DNA from: Cyanophyceae cyanobacterium
GTDB lineage: Bacteria; Cyanobacteriota; Cyanobacteriia; Cyanobacteriales; JBHJGN01
DNA: 64,000 nucleotides
Assembly: GCA_050331735.1 (NCBI GenBank)
Contig: JBHJGN010000029.1
Location: 160,001-224,000 of the forward strand
Direction: 5' to 3'
The translations under genes were made by a program, and so were the position numbers. The notes beneath the pieces were generated by a model that ran no database searches, was not told where the DNA came from, and worked only from the letters and a program-made list of their open reading frames with translations. This document shows, one piece after another, positions 38,416 to 48,733 of the stretch (within the stretch, counting starts at the first letter, position 1; the number at the start of each line of letters is the position of its first letter).

Positions 38416-39522
38416 TTAAGCGCTAAGCGATCGCGCGACAGTAATACAGGTCGCCAGATCGGCCTCTGTTTTAATTGCTTGCGGATCGATATGGGTGGCA
38501 GTGGCGCGATGGCCCTGCTGCTGAAGAGCGGCAATCAGTTGACCTTTCTTAGGTATATCTAGGCGGCCTCTCCTGCCGATTTCTCCAAGACGATAGAAGT
38601 AAGGGGGAAAGTCGGCTTCAGCGAACATGACAGCGAGCAAGGCGGCTCGCTCTGGCCAGTGCCACTGCTGTGCTAAGGTCTGCATAGACTTTAGCCATCT
38701 AGGATCGTGGAGTAACCCGAGCCAAAGAGGACCGCTGAGAGTGAAAGGGCCGCAGCGACAGCAGGCTTGTCCTAACTTCCGCCACGATATCGTTTGATAG
38801 TCGCCGCAGCGATGACAGTAGCCTAAAAATCCGTAGTTTCGAGAGCTGAGGAGAGGATGAGGCGTTAAACGAAGCATCACGCGGTAGGCGGAGGGGGTAA
38901 AGAGCGAAAACACTGGCTCTATTCCTAGCTCCTTGGTAGCCGCCTGTTGCTGAACGCTGCCGATGAGCAGACGCAGCGCCTGTTCGTGGGCAGCAGGATG
39001 AGCGCGAGCATAGGCTCCATAGACCTTGAGGCTTCCCTCTGGCAGATGACCGGTGGCGGTTCGTCCGTCAGTGCTGGTTAGGTAAATCAGTCCGCCTATT
39101 CTCGTGGCCCACAGTACCGTGCTTAAGAACGGTGCTGGAGACCCAAAGCTGTCTACATCTACCAAATCGTAATACTCTTGGCGAGCATAGCAATCGAAAA
39201 ACAGGCGATTAGCATCGGCGTGAAAGACTTGAGCCGCACCGGAGGCGATCGCTGCGGCTAAGTTACGGTGTAGAACCGGATGTACCTCGGAATTAGCGTC
39301 ATTCGCTATAACCCAATCAGCTTGGCTTTCTAACCAATACCGCAGAGAACGCACTCCGCAGCCGCTCATGGCGTCAAGCACTCTCAAACGGCCTGTCTGA
39401 GATCGATAGACAGCAGCGGCTAATATCCCCAAATCTCGGGTGACCTGACTAGCCGAGCGATAAAACGCCGGACCCACCTGAAACTGGGCTTTGCCTTCTG
39501 AAACCCACGCTGCTGATGCCAT
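38416..39522 (-). CDS. Trm1-family tRNA (guanine-N2)-dimethyltransferase-like protein
   Basis: EGKA, FY....TRDL, LDAMSGCGVRSLRY, ANDAN, DLVDVDSFGSPAPF, TSTD, CHRC..C.CG zinc site, GPLWLGLLHD, ATHIDPQAIKTEA. Confidence 0.8.
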   Translation of the reverse strand: MASAAWVSEGKAQFQVGPAFYRSASQVTRDLGILAAAVYRSQTGRLRVLDAMSGCGVRSLRYWLESQADWVIANDANSEVHPVLHRNLAAAIASGAAQVFHADANRLFFDCYARQEYYDLVDVDSFGSPAPFLSTVLWATRIGGLIYLTSTDGRTATGHLPEGSLKVYGAYARAHPAAHEQALRLLIGSVQQQAATKELGIEPVFSLFTPSAYRVMLRLTPHPLLSSRNYGFLGYCHRCGDYQTISWRKLGQACCRCGPFTLSGPLWLGLLHDPRWLKSMQTLAQQWHWPERAALLAVMFAEADFPPYFYRLGEIGRRGRLDIPKKGQLIAALQQQGHRATATHIDPQAIKTEADLATCITVARSLSA

Positions 39523-39532
39523 CCCTTGAAAA

Positions 39533-40363
39533 TCAATCAAAGCTGATCGACGAGTTGTGCGGTAAGGATGACCGAGCATCAGCAGAGAGAAAATCGTTTT
39601 CGTGCAGAATGTCGTAAAGATTCAGGTCTGCTTCTAGTAAACAAGCATGACCGCTTTGGGGCAGTAACACTCGTTTGGCGTTAGGAAGACGTTTCATCAG
39701 TCTCTCTGCTTCTTCTACAGAAGGCAGCACCCGGTCAACTTCTCCTGCTAAAATCAGCACTGGACGGTCAAGCTGGCTTAACTCATCGTCGCTCACATCA
39801 AACTCTCCCAGCAGAGATAAACGCCAACCGACACTTTTTGGCGGCACAGATCGCATTTCGTGAAGAAGAGCGCGGCGATCGTCTTTTTCAACTTTTCTCC
39901 AGGCTACTAAAAAAGGCAGTAAAGCTAACGCCGTTCCTCGGTAGATCAAATCCGGCATCCAGGGCAGTAGCTGAGCTCCCCAATGGAGTAGCGGTCGTCT
40001 GGCGAACGAAGAGGCTGGATTGATGAGGATGACGCGGTCAAATAACTGAGGCGATCGCACGGCCACTTTCAGTGTCAAGCAGCCGCCAAAAGATTCCCCA
40101 CACAGATACACCGTTTGCTGGGGTCGTGATTTTAGTTCGGCTTTAATCAAGTCAACAACGTGTGCCGATAAAATATCCCAGTCGTTAAGATCGTCTGCCG
40201 GAATCGCCAAACACCGAATATCGAAAGCTTTTTCTAAACATTCTGTTTGCGTTTGCAGGAGTTTGCCTGAGCCGTCCATTCCTGGCAGAAACACAAACAA
40301 CGGGGTATCTGGATTGTTTTGAGTGGGGATCAAAAATTTCAAACGATTGGCAACTTCTGGCAT
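39533..40363 (-). CDS. Alpha/beta hydrolase resembling the N-terminal domain of plant ELT/PES acyltransferases
   Basis: FLPGMDGSG, GESFGG nucleophile elbow, LINPASSF, SGHACLLE. Confidence 0.85.
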   Translation of the reverse strand: MPEVANRLKFLIPTQNNPDTPLFVFLPGMDGSGKLLQTQTECLEKAFDIRCLAIPADDLNDWDILSAHVVDLIKAELKSRPQQTVYLCGESFGGCLTLKVAVRSPQLFDRVILINPASSFARRPLLHWGAQLLPWMPDLIYRGTALALLPFLVAWRKVEKDDRRALLHEMRSVPPKSVGWRLSLLGEFDVSDDELSQLDRPVLILAGEVDRVLPSVEEAERLMKRLPNAKRVLLPQSGHACLLEADLNLYDILHENDFLSADARSSLPHNSSISFD

Positions 40364-40476
40364 CTTTTTCGTAGTCAACAGTTATCTCTCGGCAAAATCA
40401 CGCTGGCGTTCTTATCTTGGAATAGCCTTAACAAAGAATCTAGTTCTCTAGCTCCTGTGCTTGAACAAGGATTTTT

Positions 40477-41199
40477 TTATCGGTATCCCTCACGCAGCAA
40501 AGAAACAATCTCCTTGCGGCAATACTCGTTCAAATCGTTAACCAAATTTTTTCCTTCTTTCCCCTGATAGTCTTGCCGCTGAGCGTCTGTAATCCAGTAG
40601 GGACGACCCACTAAAACCTTGACGTGATGGTAAATCACCGCCGGATGCAGACCAGAGCGGTCGAAAAGCGGCTCTGTCGGATCGAATAAGCGGAGAAACC
40701 GTAACGGAACGGCCCAGCGGTTTTCTTCCGACTGGGAGGCGATCGCTACCGGGAGAACAACCAAGTTAGGAACGGATGCTCGATAGGCGAGGTGCGCAAA
40801 GCCGCGATGAAACTTGCCGACTTTATACGGCTGAGTCACCTGCACCATTGGCTGAGTGCCTTCTGGAAAGATTCCCACCCATTGTCGTTGCTGAAGTAAC
40901 TCTGTTGCCTTGTCGAAGAATCCCTGTAATCTTTGCTCTGGTTTCTCAAGGGGAAAACATCCCAATAGCTTCACAAATTCTCGCATTACCGGAATTTGCC
41001 CCATGTAGCGATGGCACGCGATATGCACTGGCTGTTCCAAGGCTTCGATCAGAACCGGAGCGTCCATAAAGCTGCGATGATTACTCACGACCACCACCGC
41101 TGCATCCTCTGGAATGCGGTCTTTGTAATCGACAAACAGGCGGACATTAAAAGCCCCTAGCAGCGCCTGAGAAATCAAATTGGGAGCAAAATCAAACAT
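40477..41199 (-). CDS. PlsC-family (lysophospholipid) acyltransferase
   Basis: SNHRSFMD (HX4D), GIFPEG. Confidence 0.85.
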   Translation of the reverse strand: MFDFAPNLISQALLGAFNVRLFVDYKDRIPEDAAVVVVSNHRSFMDAPVLIEALEQPVHIACHRYMGQIPVMREFVKLLGCFPLEKPEQRLQGFFDKATELLQQRQWVGIFPEGTQPMVQVTQPYKVGKFHRGFAHLAYRASVPNLVVLPVAIASQSEENRWAVPLRFLRLFDPTEPLFDRSGLHPAVIYHHVKVLVGRPYWITDAQRQDYQGKEGKNLVNDLNEYCRKEIVSLLREGYR

Positions 41200-41532
41200 G
41201 CACTATTTAGTGAATTGCCGTTATTATTTCATTTTAGTTTAATTTCTTAAAATTACTTTACGAACTCTCGCCGATAGCGCTATGTGGCAACAGCCGATAG
41301 AGTCCTCACTTTTGAGTTTTAGCCAGACCAAAAAGATTGCTCTGGGTCTTGTCTCTACTGCTTCAGCGGAGGAACGCTCTCCTGAGCGCTGACCTCTTTC
41401 GAGACTACCCTGCCGAAAAAACTCAGCGAGTAGATCGCTAATTAGAATAGATAATAAGAGAAACAAATCTTATAGTTAAAGCGTTCACCCGTTTAAGTTT
41501 GCGGTACCGTCGCTCAATTTCCGTCACTTTAA

Positions 41533-43131
41533 ATGAGTATTTTCAACCACGAGCATTTTGCGCTTACGACTCCCCTTTATTACGTTAACGATGTCCCTCA
41601 TATTGGCAGTGCCTATACCACAATGGCTGCCGATGTTGTCGCTCGCTTTGCTAGACTCCAGGGACACTCCGTGTTGCTGATTACGGGGACCGACGAACAC
41701 GGACAAAAAATTCAGCGAACCGCCGCCGCCAATGGTCTTGCTCCCCAGGAACACTGCGATCACATTGTGGCCCACTTTCAAAATCTGTGGCAGCAGCTCG
41801 ACATTCACTACGACCGCTTCAGCCGAACGACTGCTCCTCGCCACCAGGCGATTGTCAATGAATTCTTTCAACGGGTTTGGGATCAAGGAGATATCTATCG
41901 GGATCGTCAGCAAGGATGGTACTGCGTTTCCTGTGAAGAGTTTAAGGAAGAACGAGAACTGCTGGCCGAGAAAACCTGTCCACTGCATCCTAACCGGAAA
42001 GTAGAGTGGCGAGACGAAGAGAATTACTTTTTCCGGCTCTCTAAATACCAGCAGCAGCTCGAAGCTCTCTATCAAGAGCGTCCCCAGTTTATTCAACCCG
42101 AAAGCCGCCGCAACGAGGTGCTCAGCTTCGTTAGTGGAGGATTAAAAGACTTTTCCATTTCTCGGGCTAATGTTGACTGGGGATTTCCACTGCCGAGCGA
42201 TCCCAGCCAAACGATTTACGTTTGGTTTGATGCTCTCCTTGGCTATGTGACGGCGCTGCTAGAGCCAGAAGATGAACCAACTTTAGAAAATGCCCTGTCT
42301 AAGTGGTGGCCAATAGATCTGCATCTAATTGGGAAAGACATCCTGCGCTTTCACGCCGTTTATTGGCCAGCGATGTTGCTGTCTGCTAACCTACCGCTGC
42401 CGAAGTACGTATTTGGTCATGGCTTTCTCACAAAAGATGGTCAGAAAATGGGGAAAACCCTGGGCAACACCATCGATCCCGCTGCGTTAGCCAGCCAGTA
42501 TGGCTCAGATGCTGTCCGCTACTACTTTCTAAAAGAGATAGAATTCGGTAAAGATGGCGATTTTAATGAAGCTCGCTTTGTTAACGTGCTTAATGCCGAT
42601 CTAGCGAACGATTTAGGTAACTTGCTGAATCGTACTCTGGGAATGGTGCAAAAGTACTGCCAGGGGAGAGGGCCTCAGCTAACCGCTGAGGATTTTGCCA
42701 CCGATCATCCCCTGAAAACAATCGGAGCCACCCTGAGCGATCGCGTCGTTGCCGCTTATGAATCTCTGCGATTCGATCGAGCTTGCGAGGAAATCTTTAC
42801 TCTGGTCCGCGCTAGCAACAAGTATATCGATGAAACCGCCCCCTGGAGCTTATTTAAGCAAGGCCAACAAGCTGAAGTTGAACGAATTTTGTACGCCGTT
42901 TTGGAGTCTGTCAGGCTGGCTGCCTATTTTTTGTCTGCCATCACCCCTCGATTGTCTAGTAATATATACCTACAGCTAGGTTTCTTAATAAACTTTAACG
43001 ACCATAATAAGGGTAGCGCTCTTCTTTTATTTGAGCAGCATAGCCGATGGGGCAAACTTAAGGCCTATCAGGACTTAAACAAACCTCAGCCAGTTTTTGC
43101 TCGACTAGAGCAGCCCTTGAACGCCCCCTAA
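41533..43131 (+). CDS. metG: Methionine--tRNA ligase
   Basis: PHIGSAY (HIGH), GTDEHGQK, YVWFDAL, IGKDILRFH, KMGKT (KMSKS-like). Confidence 0.96.
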   Translation: MSIFNHEHFALTTPLYYVNDVPHIGSAYTTMAADVVARFARLQGHSVLLITGTDEHGQKIQRTAAANGLAPQEHCDHIVAHFQNLWQQLDIHYDRFSRTTAPRHQAIVNEFFQRVWDQGDIYRDRQQGWYCVSCEEFKEERELLAEKTCPLHPNRKVEWRDEENYFFRLSKYQQQLEALYQERPQFIQPESRRNEVLSFVSGGLKDFSISRANVDWGFPLPSDPSQTIYVWFDALLGYVTALLEPEDEPTLENALSKWWPIDLHLIGKDILRFHAVYWPAMLLSANLPLPKYVFGHGFLTKDGQKMGKTLGNTIDPAALASQYGSDAVRYYFLKEIEFGKDGDFNEARFVNVLNADLANDLGNLLNRTLGMVQKYCQGRGPQLTAEDFATDHPLKTIGATLSDRVVAAYESLRFDRACEEIFTLVRASNKYIDETAPWSLFKQGQQAEVERILYAVLESVRLAAYFLSAITPRLSSNIYLQLGFLINFNDHNKGSALLLFEQHSRWGKLKAYQDLNKPQPVFARLEQPLNAP

Positions 43132-43330
43132 TACTAGTTGTTTCCGAGGGCAACCACAGGCAGAGCTAGACTCGACTCATACTAAAGATAGAGACATTAA
43201 TCTGTCTTTGGTACGAGGCTAGACCTAAAATACCCCAAACAAAATATCAATCTCAACTTAAAATAAATAAAAAAAAACAAATCTTTACGAAGAAGCGCTT
43301 TTGTACTAGATAATAAAAAGAGGATAAAAA

Positions 43331-43942
43331 ATGTATGATAACTTTGAGAGCGACCCGGTATTTTCTCCTGAGCAGGTGGTAGAAAATCGCGGTCGCGTTG
43401 CTATTTTTATAGACGGCTCCAACTTGTTCTATGCGGCTTTGCAGCTAGGTGTAGAAATAGACTATACAAAGCTTCTGCTTCGTCTGACGGCACACTCGAG
43501 GCTGCTGCGAGCTTTTTTCTACACAGGCGTTGATCGCACCAACGAGAAGCAGCAGGGTTTTCTTCTCTGGATGCGTCGCAACGGCTATCGAGTGATTGCC
43601 AAAGGTCTCGTGCAGCTACCGGACGGTTCAAAAAAAGCTAACTTGGATGTTGAGATCGCCGTTGATATGATGGCGCTGGTGGACTACTACGAAACAGCCG
43701 TTCTGGTCAGCGGAGATGGGGACTTGGCGTATGCCGTTGATGCCGTCAGCTACCGCGGTGCTAGAGTGGAAGTGGTCAGCCTGAGATCGATGACGAGCGA
43801 CAGTTTGATTAACGTTGCCGATCGCTACATTGATTTAGACCAAATCAAAGCAGATATTCAAAAGTCAAAGTTTAATGGTGCTTATCAAGGATTGCCCGGT
43901 CTTACTATGGTGGATGGAGAAAAACCCCTGTCGAGTAGCTAG
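43331..43942 (+). CDS. NYN-domain (LabA/DUF88) protein
   Basis: IFIDGSNLFY, KANLDVEIAVDM, LVSGDGD. Confidence 0.9.
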   Translation: MYDNFESDPVFSPEQVVENRGRVAIFIDGSNLFYAALQLGVEIDYTKLLLRLTAHSRLLRAFFYTGVDRTNEKQQGFLLWMRRNGYRVIAKGLVQLPDGSKKANLDVEIAVDMMALVDYYETAVLVSGDGDLAYAVDAVSYRGARVEVVSLRSMTSDSLINVADRYIDLDQIKADIQKSKFNGAYQGLPGLTMVDGEKPLSSS

Positions 43943-43986
43943 GGGCCGGAAGCACTATTACCCCAGCGTCGATAGATGTTAACGTC

Positions 43987-45123
43987 ATGAGCTTGCTGAA
44001 CCTTCGTCGCCGTTGGCTTTTCAAAGCGTGTTTACTGTTGGCCGTTTCTTTATCTGCCTGTCAATCTGCCAGTCAATCCGAGCAGGCGGTGGCCCCAGAG
44101 CCTTCTGAGTTGGAGCCTCGCTTAGTGCTTAACAACGCCGCTTTAGAGCAAGCTTCCTCCGAGGGCGAATCTCAGTGGAAAATTGCCGCAGAGCGAGTTG
44201 AATACAGCCAAGACCGCCAGATAGCCTCGCTCGAAAAAATTACGGCCAACATTTTTCAAGAGGGAGAGATTGCTCTGCAAATTAGCGCGAATCGGGGCAG
44301 AATTTTGCAGAGGGAAGAAAAATTTTTTTTGGAGGGCGAAGTCATCGCTACCGATCCCCGCAATGGCGCAGTCATTCGCTGTGAAGAAGTTGAATGGGAT
44401 CCGCAAAAGAGTAAGTTGACGGCGCGGCACGAGCTGCGGGGGAGTCACCAGAATCTCGCAGTATCGGCAGAAATTGGTCGTTATTTCAGCCAAGCTCAGC
44501 GTTTAGAGTTAGCGGGAAACATTGTTGCTACGGCCCAAGAGCCTCGCTTGCAGTTAACCACAGAACGGCTAGTGTGGGAACTACCGCTCGAGAAAGTCAG
44601 CAGTGATGTGAGGGTGCAACTGGTTCGCTACAAAGAGCAGACCGCTACGGATCGCGTCGTTGCTGACCAAACGGAAGTGGATTTAGCTAGTCAAACAGCT
44701 CATCTTCAGCAAAACGTAGAGCTAAGATCCCTAGACCCTCCGATTAACATAGCCGCTAGCTCGGTAGTTTGGAACTATCGGGAGCGTCAACTGAAGGCCG
44801 ACCGGCCCCTCCAGGTCGTTCATCGCCAGGAACAGGTTACAGTCATCGGCAATCGAGGACAGATAGACCTAGAGCAGGAAATGGCTCGTTTGAGTGAGGG
44901 AGTCGAGGGAAGGAACGACCGCCATCAGGCCAAACTCTATTCCCGAGAATTGACGTGGACCATTTCCTCCCAAACGGTGGAAGCCATTGGCAACGTCGTT
45001 TACGAACAAACCAACCCGCCCGCCAGACTCACTGGCACAAAAGCCGTTGGGAAACTCCAGGACAACCGCGTTGCCGTCACTGGAACCGCCAGCGCTCGCG
45101 TCGTCACTAGAATTGTTCCTTAA
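43987..45123 (+). CDS. lptC: LPS export periplasmic protein LptC (cyanobacterial long form, lipoprotein)
   Basis: Lipobox LSAC; repeated beta-jellyroll-like segments; usual metG-NYN-lptC gene order. Confidence 0.75.
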   Translation: MSLLNLRRRWLFKACLLLAVSLSACQSASQSEQAVAPEPSELEPRLVLNNAALEQASSEGESQWKIAAERVEYSQDRQIASLEKITANIFQEGEIALQISANRGRILQREEKFFLEGEVIATDPRNGAVIRCEEVEWDPQKSKLTARHELRGSHQNLAVSAEIGRYFSQAQRLELAGNIVATAQEPRLQLTTERLVWELPLEKVSSDVRVQLVRYKEQTATDRVVADQTEVDLASQTAHLQQNVELRSLDPPINIAASSVVWNYRERQLKADRPLQVVHRQEQVTVIGNRGQIDLEQEMARLSEGVEGRNDRHQAKLYSRELTWTISSQTVEAIGNVVYEQTNPPARLTGTKAVGKLQDNRVAVTGTASARVVTRIVP

Positions 45124-46429
45124 AGTACTCATCGTTCGTTAGTGGTTCACTGCTCACGATGCGATTTCGACGGGGATCGCCGAGATAAACGGCGTCACTC
45201 CTACTCGCCGTTGATGAAGCGGCTAGCTGCCAGTCCTGCGTCAGATTTTCTAACAGCCAGTCTTGAGCAGCCCGCAACTCCAGCACATTGCCATCATTGT
45301 TAATAAAAGCAAACCAAATTGCTCCCCGGTCCTCAGTCGGAATCATTCCGGCTAGCGCGCTGACTTGATTGAGAGTTCCGGTTTTAATAATTGTCCCTGG
45401 AGGAAAACTTCGATCTAGCATCGTGCCGCGTCGGTTGCGACCAGCGACCGGAAACAGATCGGCCAGTTCAATCGTTTCGTCTTGAAGGAGGCGTTCGATG
45501 GCAATAAACATCTGGCAAGCCGCCCGAGGAGAAATACGGTTTTCGACTCCCAGTCCCGACCCGTTGATCAGCTGAATTTCCGCGGTCGGTACTCTGGCCG
45601 CTTGAGCCGCCAGACGAGCGACGCTAGCAGCCCCCCCCACCGACTCAGCTAAAATTTCTGCCATCTCGTTGTTGCTGTAGATGTTCATCTGCTTGAGGAT
45701 CTCGGCTAGAGTCAGAGACTGACGGTTGAGCAACAGACGAGCTGTCGGTGGAGGACTCGCATCCACTAGCACGGTTCCGGCGATCGCTAACTGCGGACGA
45801 GGAGTGCCGACTGGTAAATTGAGGTACTGCCGCTCAATAACCGGCGACCAGAGGCGATAGTCCAGTGCCTGCCTCAGAAGACGACCAGCCATCACCGGGT
45901 CAGAGCTGTAGTTCATCGTGAACCGATCAGCAACAATTAAGTTGCCCTCTACTTCTTGAATGCCTACTTCGTTGAGGGCATTCCCAAGGGCGATCGCCTC
46001 CTCCCAAACAAAAAACGGATCGCCGCCGCCGAGAACAATCAAATCTCCGGTGACAGCACCGTTTTGAACTTCTCCAGTTATATAGATTCGGGTTTCAAAT
46101 CGATGGTTGACGCCCCAGGCTTGAATGGCGGCTAAAGTGGTCGCCACTTTGGTAATGGAAGCGGCTGAAGCTGGTTCTGTTCCCTGATAGTGAGTGAGTA
46201 AGCCCAAATTAGACTGAATCCATACCCCCTGACTGCGACGACTAATCCCACGATTTGATAAACTTTGGAGGTATTGTTCTATGAGAGCCTCCACAGAAGG
46301 ATCTGGTGCTGGCAAAGCAAAAATTTCCGCATCTTGCCACGATACGAGAGGAACGGTTGCGAGTTCCTCGGTTCCTCCCAACAGGTTTAATAGTAGACCG
46401 ATTAGACTAGAGCCAATTCCTTCGAGCAT
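45107..46429 (-). CDS. dacB: D-alanyl-D-alanine carboxypeptidase (peptidase S13, PBP4-like)
   Basis: ASITK (SxxK), SNN (SxN), KTGTL, NGSGL. Confidence 0.88.
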   Translation of the reverse strand: MLEGIGSSLIGLLLNLLGGTEELATVPLVSWQDAEIFALPAPDPSVEALIEQYLQSLSNRGISRRSQGVWIQSNLGLLTHYQGTEPASAASITKVATTLAAIQAWGVNHRFETRIYITGEVQNGAVTGDLIVLGGGDPFFVWEEAIALGNALNEVGIQEVEGNLIVADRFTMNYSSDPVMAGRLLRQALDYRLWSPVIERQYLNLPVGTPRPQLAIAGTVLVDASPPPTARLLLNRQSLTLAEILKQMNIYSNNEMAEILAESVGGAASVARLAAQAARVPTAEIQLINGSGLGVENRISPRAACQMFIAIERLLQDETIELADLFPVAGRNRRGTMLDRSFPPGTIIKTGTLNQVSALAGMIPTEDRGAIWFAFINNDGNVLELRAAQDWLLENLTQDWQLAASSTASRSDAVYLGDPRRNRIVSSEPLTNDEYFKEQF

Positions 46430-46653
46430 TCTCTTCCTCCATTGCTAGTCAGAATTCCGTCTGGTAACGACGGATGGGACGGAGGAACATTTAAATCTTC
46501 AGATGTCAGCCCCTCAGCGCCTCTGACTTTGTGAATAATTTTAGGAAAATACTGACGCTTTGTCTTGTTCCCTGGCCCCTAAACAGCGATCTTCTATTCT
46601 CGTTCTGCTAGTGGCTTCTGTTACAATCTTTGAAGTTTCTATTTCTTTGAACA

Positions 46654-47685
46654 ATGGCATCGATTCGCGCAAGAATTGCCGTAGACGCGATGGGAGGAGA
46701 CTACGCTCCTGGAGAAATTGTGGCTGGAGCCATCCGCGCTTCTGAGGAGCTAGATGTAGAAATTCTTCTCGTTGGCGATCCCGAGCAAATTCAATCCTCT
46801 CTGAAGGAGCACAAAACCAGTTTAGAAATTGTTCCGGCAGAGGAAGTGATTTCTATGGAGGAAGAACCCTTGACAGGAATTCGCCGCAAGCCCAAAGCCT
46901 CAATTAACGTAGCGATGAATCTGGTCCGGCAAAAACGAGCAGATGCCGTCGTTTCTGCCGGACATTCAGGAGCAGCCATGGCAGCCGCTCTGCTGCGGCT
47001 GGGTCGTTTACCCGGAATCGATCGCCCTGCCATTGGAGCCGTTTTTCCCACGATGCTGGCTGGGAAGTCAGTCATTATTCTTGACGTCGGCGCTAATGTA
47101 GACTGTCGCCCAAAATATCTTGAGCAGTTTGCTCTCATGGGAACCATTTATAGTCAATACGTCATGGGCATAGAAGCTCCAAAAGTTGGACTCCTCAATA
47201 TTGGAGAAGAATCGTCTAAAGGAGACGATCTCGCAGTGCGAACCTATCAGCTCCTCGAGGCCAACGAGCAGATTCCGTTTGTGGGCAATGCCGAGGGCAG
47301 AGACGTCCTTTCCGGTCAGTTTGATGTCATCGTTTGTGATGGCTTTGTCGGTAACGTGCTGCTAAAATTCGCCGAAGCCGTTGGCGGCATTCTGCTACAA
47401 ATTCTGCGAGAGGAGTTGCCAAGAGGGCTGCGCGGACAAGCGGGCACCGCCATCCTTAAACCGAACCTGAAGCGGATTAAGCAGCGCGTCGATCATGCCG
47501 AACACGGTGGCGGGCTGCTGTTTGGGGTTGCTGGTATTTGTATTATTAGCCACGGCAGTTCTCAAGCCCCCTCGATTTTCAACGCTATTCGTTTGGCCAG
47601 AGAAGCGATTGATAACGAAGTGCTCGCTCGCATTCAGGTCTACACGGATCAGGGACTAGAGAGCGATCGCACCGCTTCCCCATAG
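46654..47685 (+). CDS. plsX: Phosphate acyltransferase
   Basis: IAVDAMGGDYAP, LDVGANVD, NIGEESSKG, VCDGFVGN. Confidence 0.96.
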   Translation: MASIRARIAVDAMGGDYAPGEIVAGAIRASEELDVEILLVGDPEQIQSSLKEHKTSLEIVPAEEVISMEEEPLTGIRRKPKASINVAMNLVRQKRADAVVSAGHSGAAMAAALLRLGRLPGIDRPAIGAVFPTMLAGKSVIILDVGANVDCRPKYLEQFALMGTIYSQYVMGIEAPKVGLLNIGEESSKGDDLAVRTYQLLEANEQIPFVGNAEGRDVLSGQFDVIVCDGFVGNVLLKFAEAVGGILLQILREELPRGLRGQAGTAILKPNLKRIKQRVDHAEHGGGLLFGVAGICIISHGSSQAPSIFNAIRLAREAIDNEVLARIQVYTDQGLESDRTASP

Positions 47686-47728
47686 GGGCTATTGGATCTG
47701 TCTCTTGAGGAAGTAAGGGAGAAAACTA

Positions 47729-48733
47729 TTGAAACATCAAGGCTTGGGAATTACCATCGTCGGCAGCGGGTCAGCGGCTCCCCCAGCCGTGCTTGATAAT
47801 CACGCTCTCAGCCAAATCGTTGATACCTCTGATGAGTGGATTAGCAGCCGGACGGGCATCCACAGACGGCATATTGCCGCAGCGTCACAGTCTTTAACTG
47901 AATTGTCGGCTCAAGCCTCTCAGGCGGCGATGACGATGGCAGCAGTTGACCCAGCGGAGATTGAGTTAGTTATTTTGGCAACCTCAACGCCAGATGACCT
48001 GTTTGGCAGCGCGAGCAAGCTCGCCACCTCGATTGGAGCGACAAAAGCGGTGGCGTTCGACCTAACGGCGGCCTGTTCGGGGTTTGTTTTTGGTCTAGCG
48101 GTAGCGGCGCAATTTATTCGTAGCGGAACCTACCAAAACGTTTTGCTGGTGGGAGCCGACATCCTTTCGCGGTGGGTAGATTGGTCAGACCGTCGAACCT
48201 GCGTACTGTTTGGGGATGGGGCCGGAGCGGTCGTATGTCAGGCAACAGCAATGAGCGATCGCCTGCTCGGGTTTTCCCTGTATAGCGATGGGGCTCAAAA
48301 CGCTAGCCTGAATCTTGCCTATCGAGGACAGCCGCAGTTAGTCGGAGAAATTGACGTTGGACAGGGTAGCTATCAACCGATCGCGATGAATGGCAAAGAA
48401 GTCTATCGCTTTGCGGTGGAAAAAGTCCCAGAGGTGATTGAAAAAGCGCTCTTTCAGGCGGAAATGACCGTCGAGCAGATCGATTGGCTCCTGCTGCATC
48501 AAGCGAACCAGCGCATCATGGATGCCGTTGCTAAACGCTTAAATATTCCAGCCCAGAAAGTGATTAGCAACCTCAATGAATACGGCAATACCTCCGCTGC
48601 CTCGATCCCCATTGCCCTCGATGAAGCAGTGCGACAGGGGAAGATTAAGCCAGGGGATATTATTGCGTCATCCGGCTTTGGCGCTGGACTAACGTGGGGA
48701 GCGGCTATTTTCGAGTGGGGCAAGTTATTCTAA
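47729..48733 (+). CDS. fabH: 3-oxoacyl-ACP synthase III
   Basis: AACSGF, HQANQRI, GNTSAAS, GFGAGLTWG. Confidence 0.96.
   Translation: MKHQGLGITIVGSGSAAPPAVLDNHALSQIVDTSDEWISSRTGIHRRHIAAASQSLTELSAQASQAAMTMAAVDPAEIELVILATSTPDDLFGSASKLATSIGATKAVAFDLTAACSGFVFGLAVAAQFIRSGTYQNVLLVGADILSRWVDWSDRRTCVLFGDGAGAVVCQATAMSDRLLGFSLYSDGAQNASLNLAYRGQPQLVGEIDVGQGSYQPIAMNGKEVYRFAVEKVPEVIEKALFQAEMTVEQIDWLLLHQANQRIMDAVAKRLNIPAQKVISNLNEYGNTSAASIPIALDEAVRQGKIKPGDIIASSGFGAGLTWGAAIFEWGKLF

Noticed and set aside
41200..41532. Possible riboswitch (SAM, glycine or glutamine) between the acyltransferase and metG
   Set aside because: Some hairpins and a GGAGAG..GAAG are present, but I could not match a complete aptamer consensus; an Rfam cmscan would settle it
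41524..42096. 190-aa minus-strand ORF and similar short ORFs nested in long genes across the window
   Set aside because: They lie antisense or out of frame within well-supported genes such as metG and have no recognisable motifs
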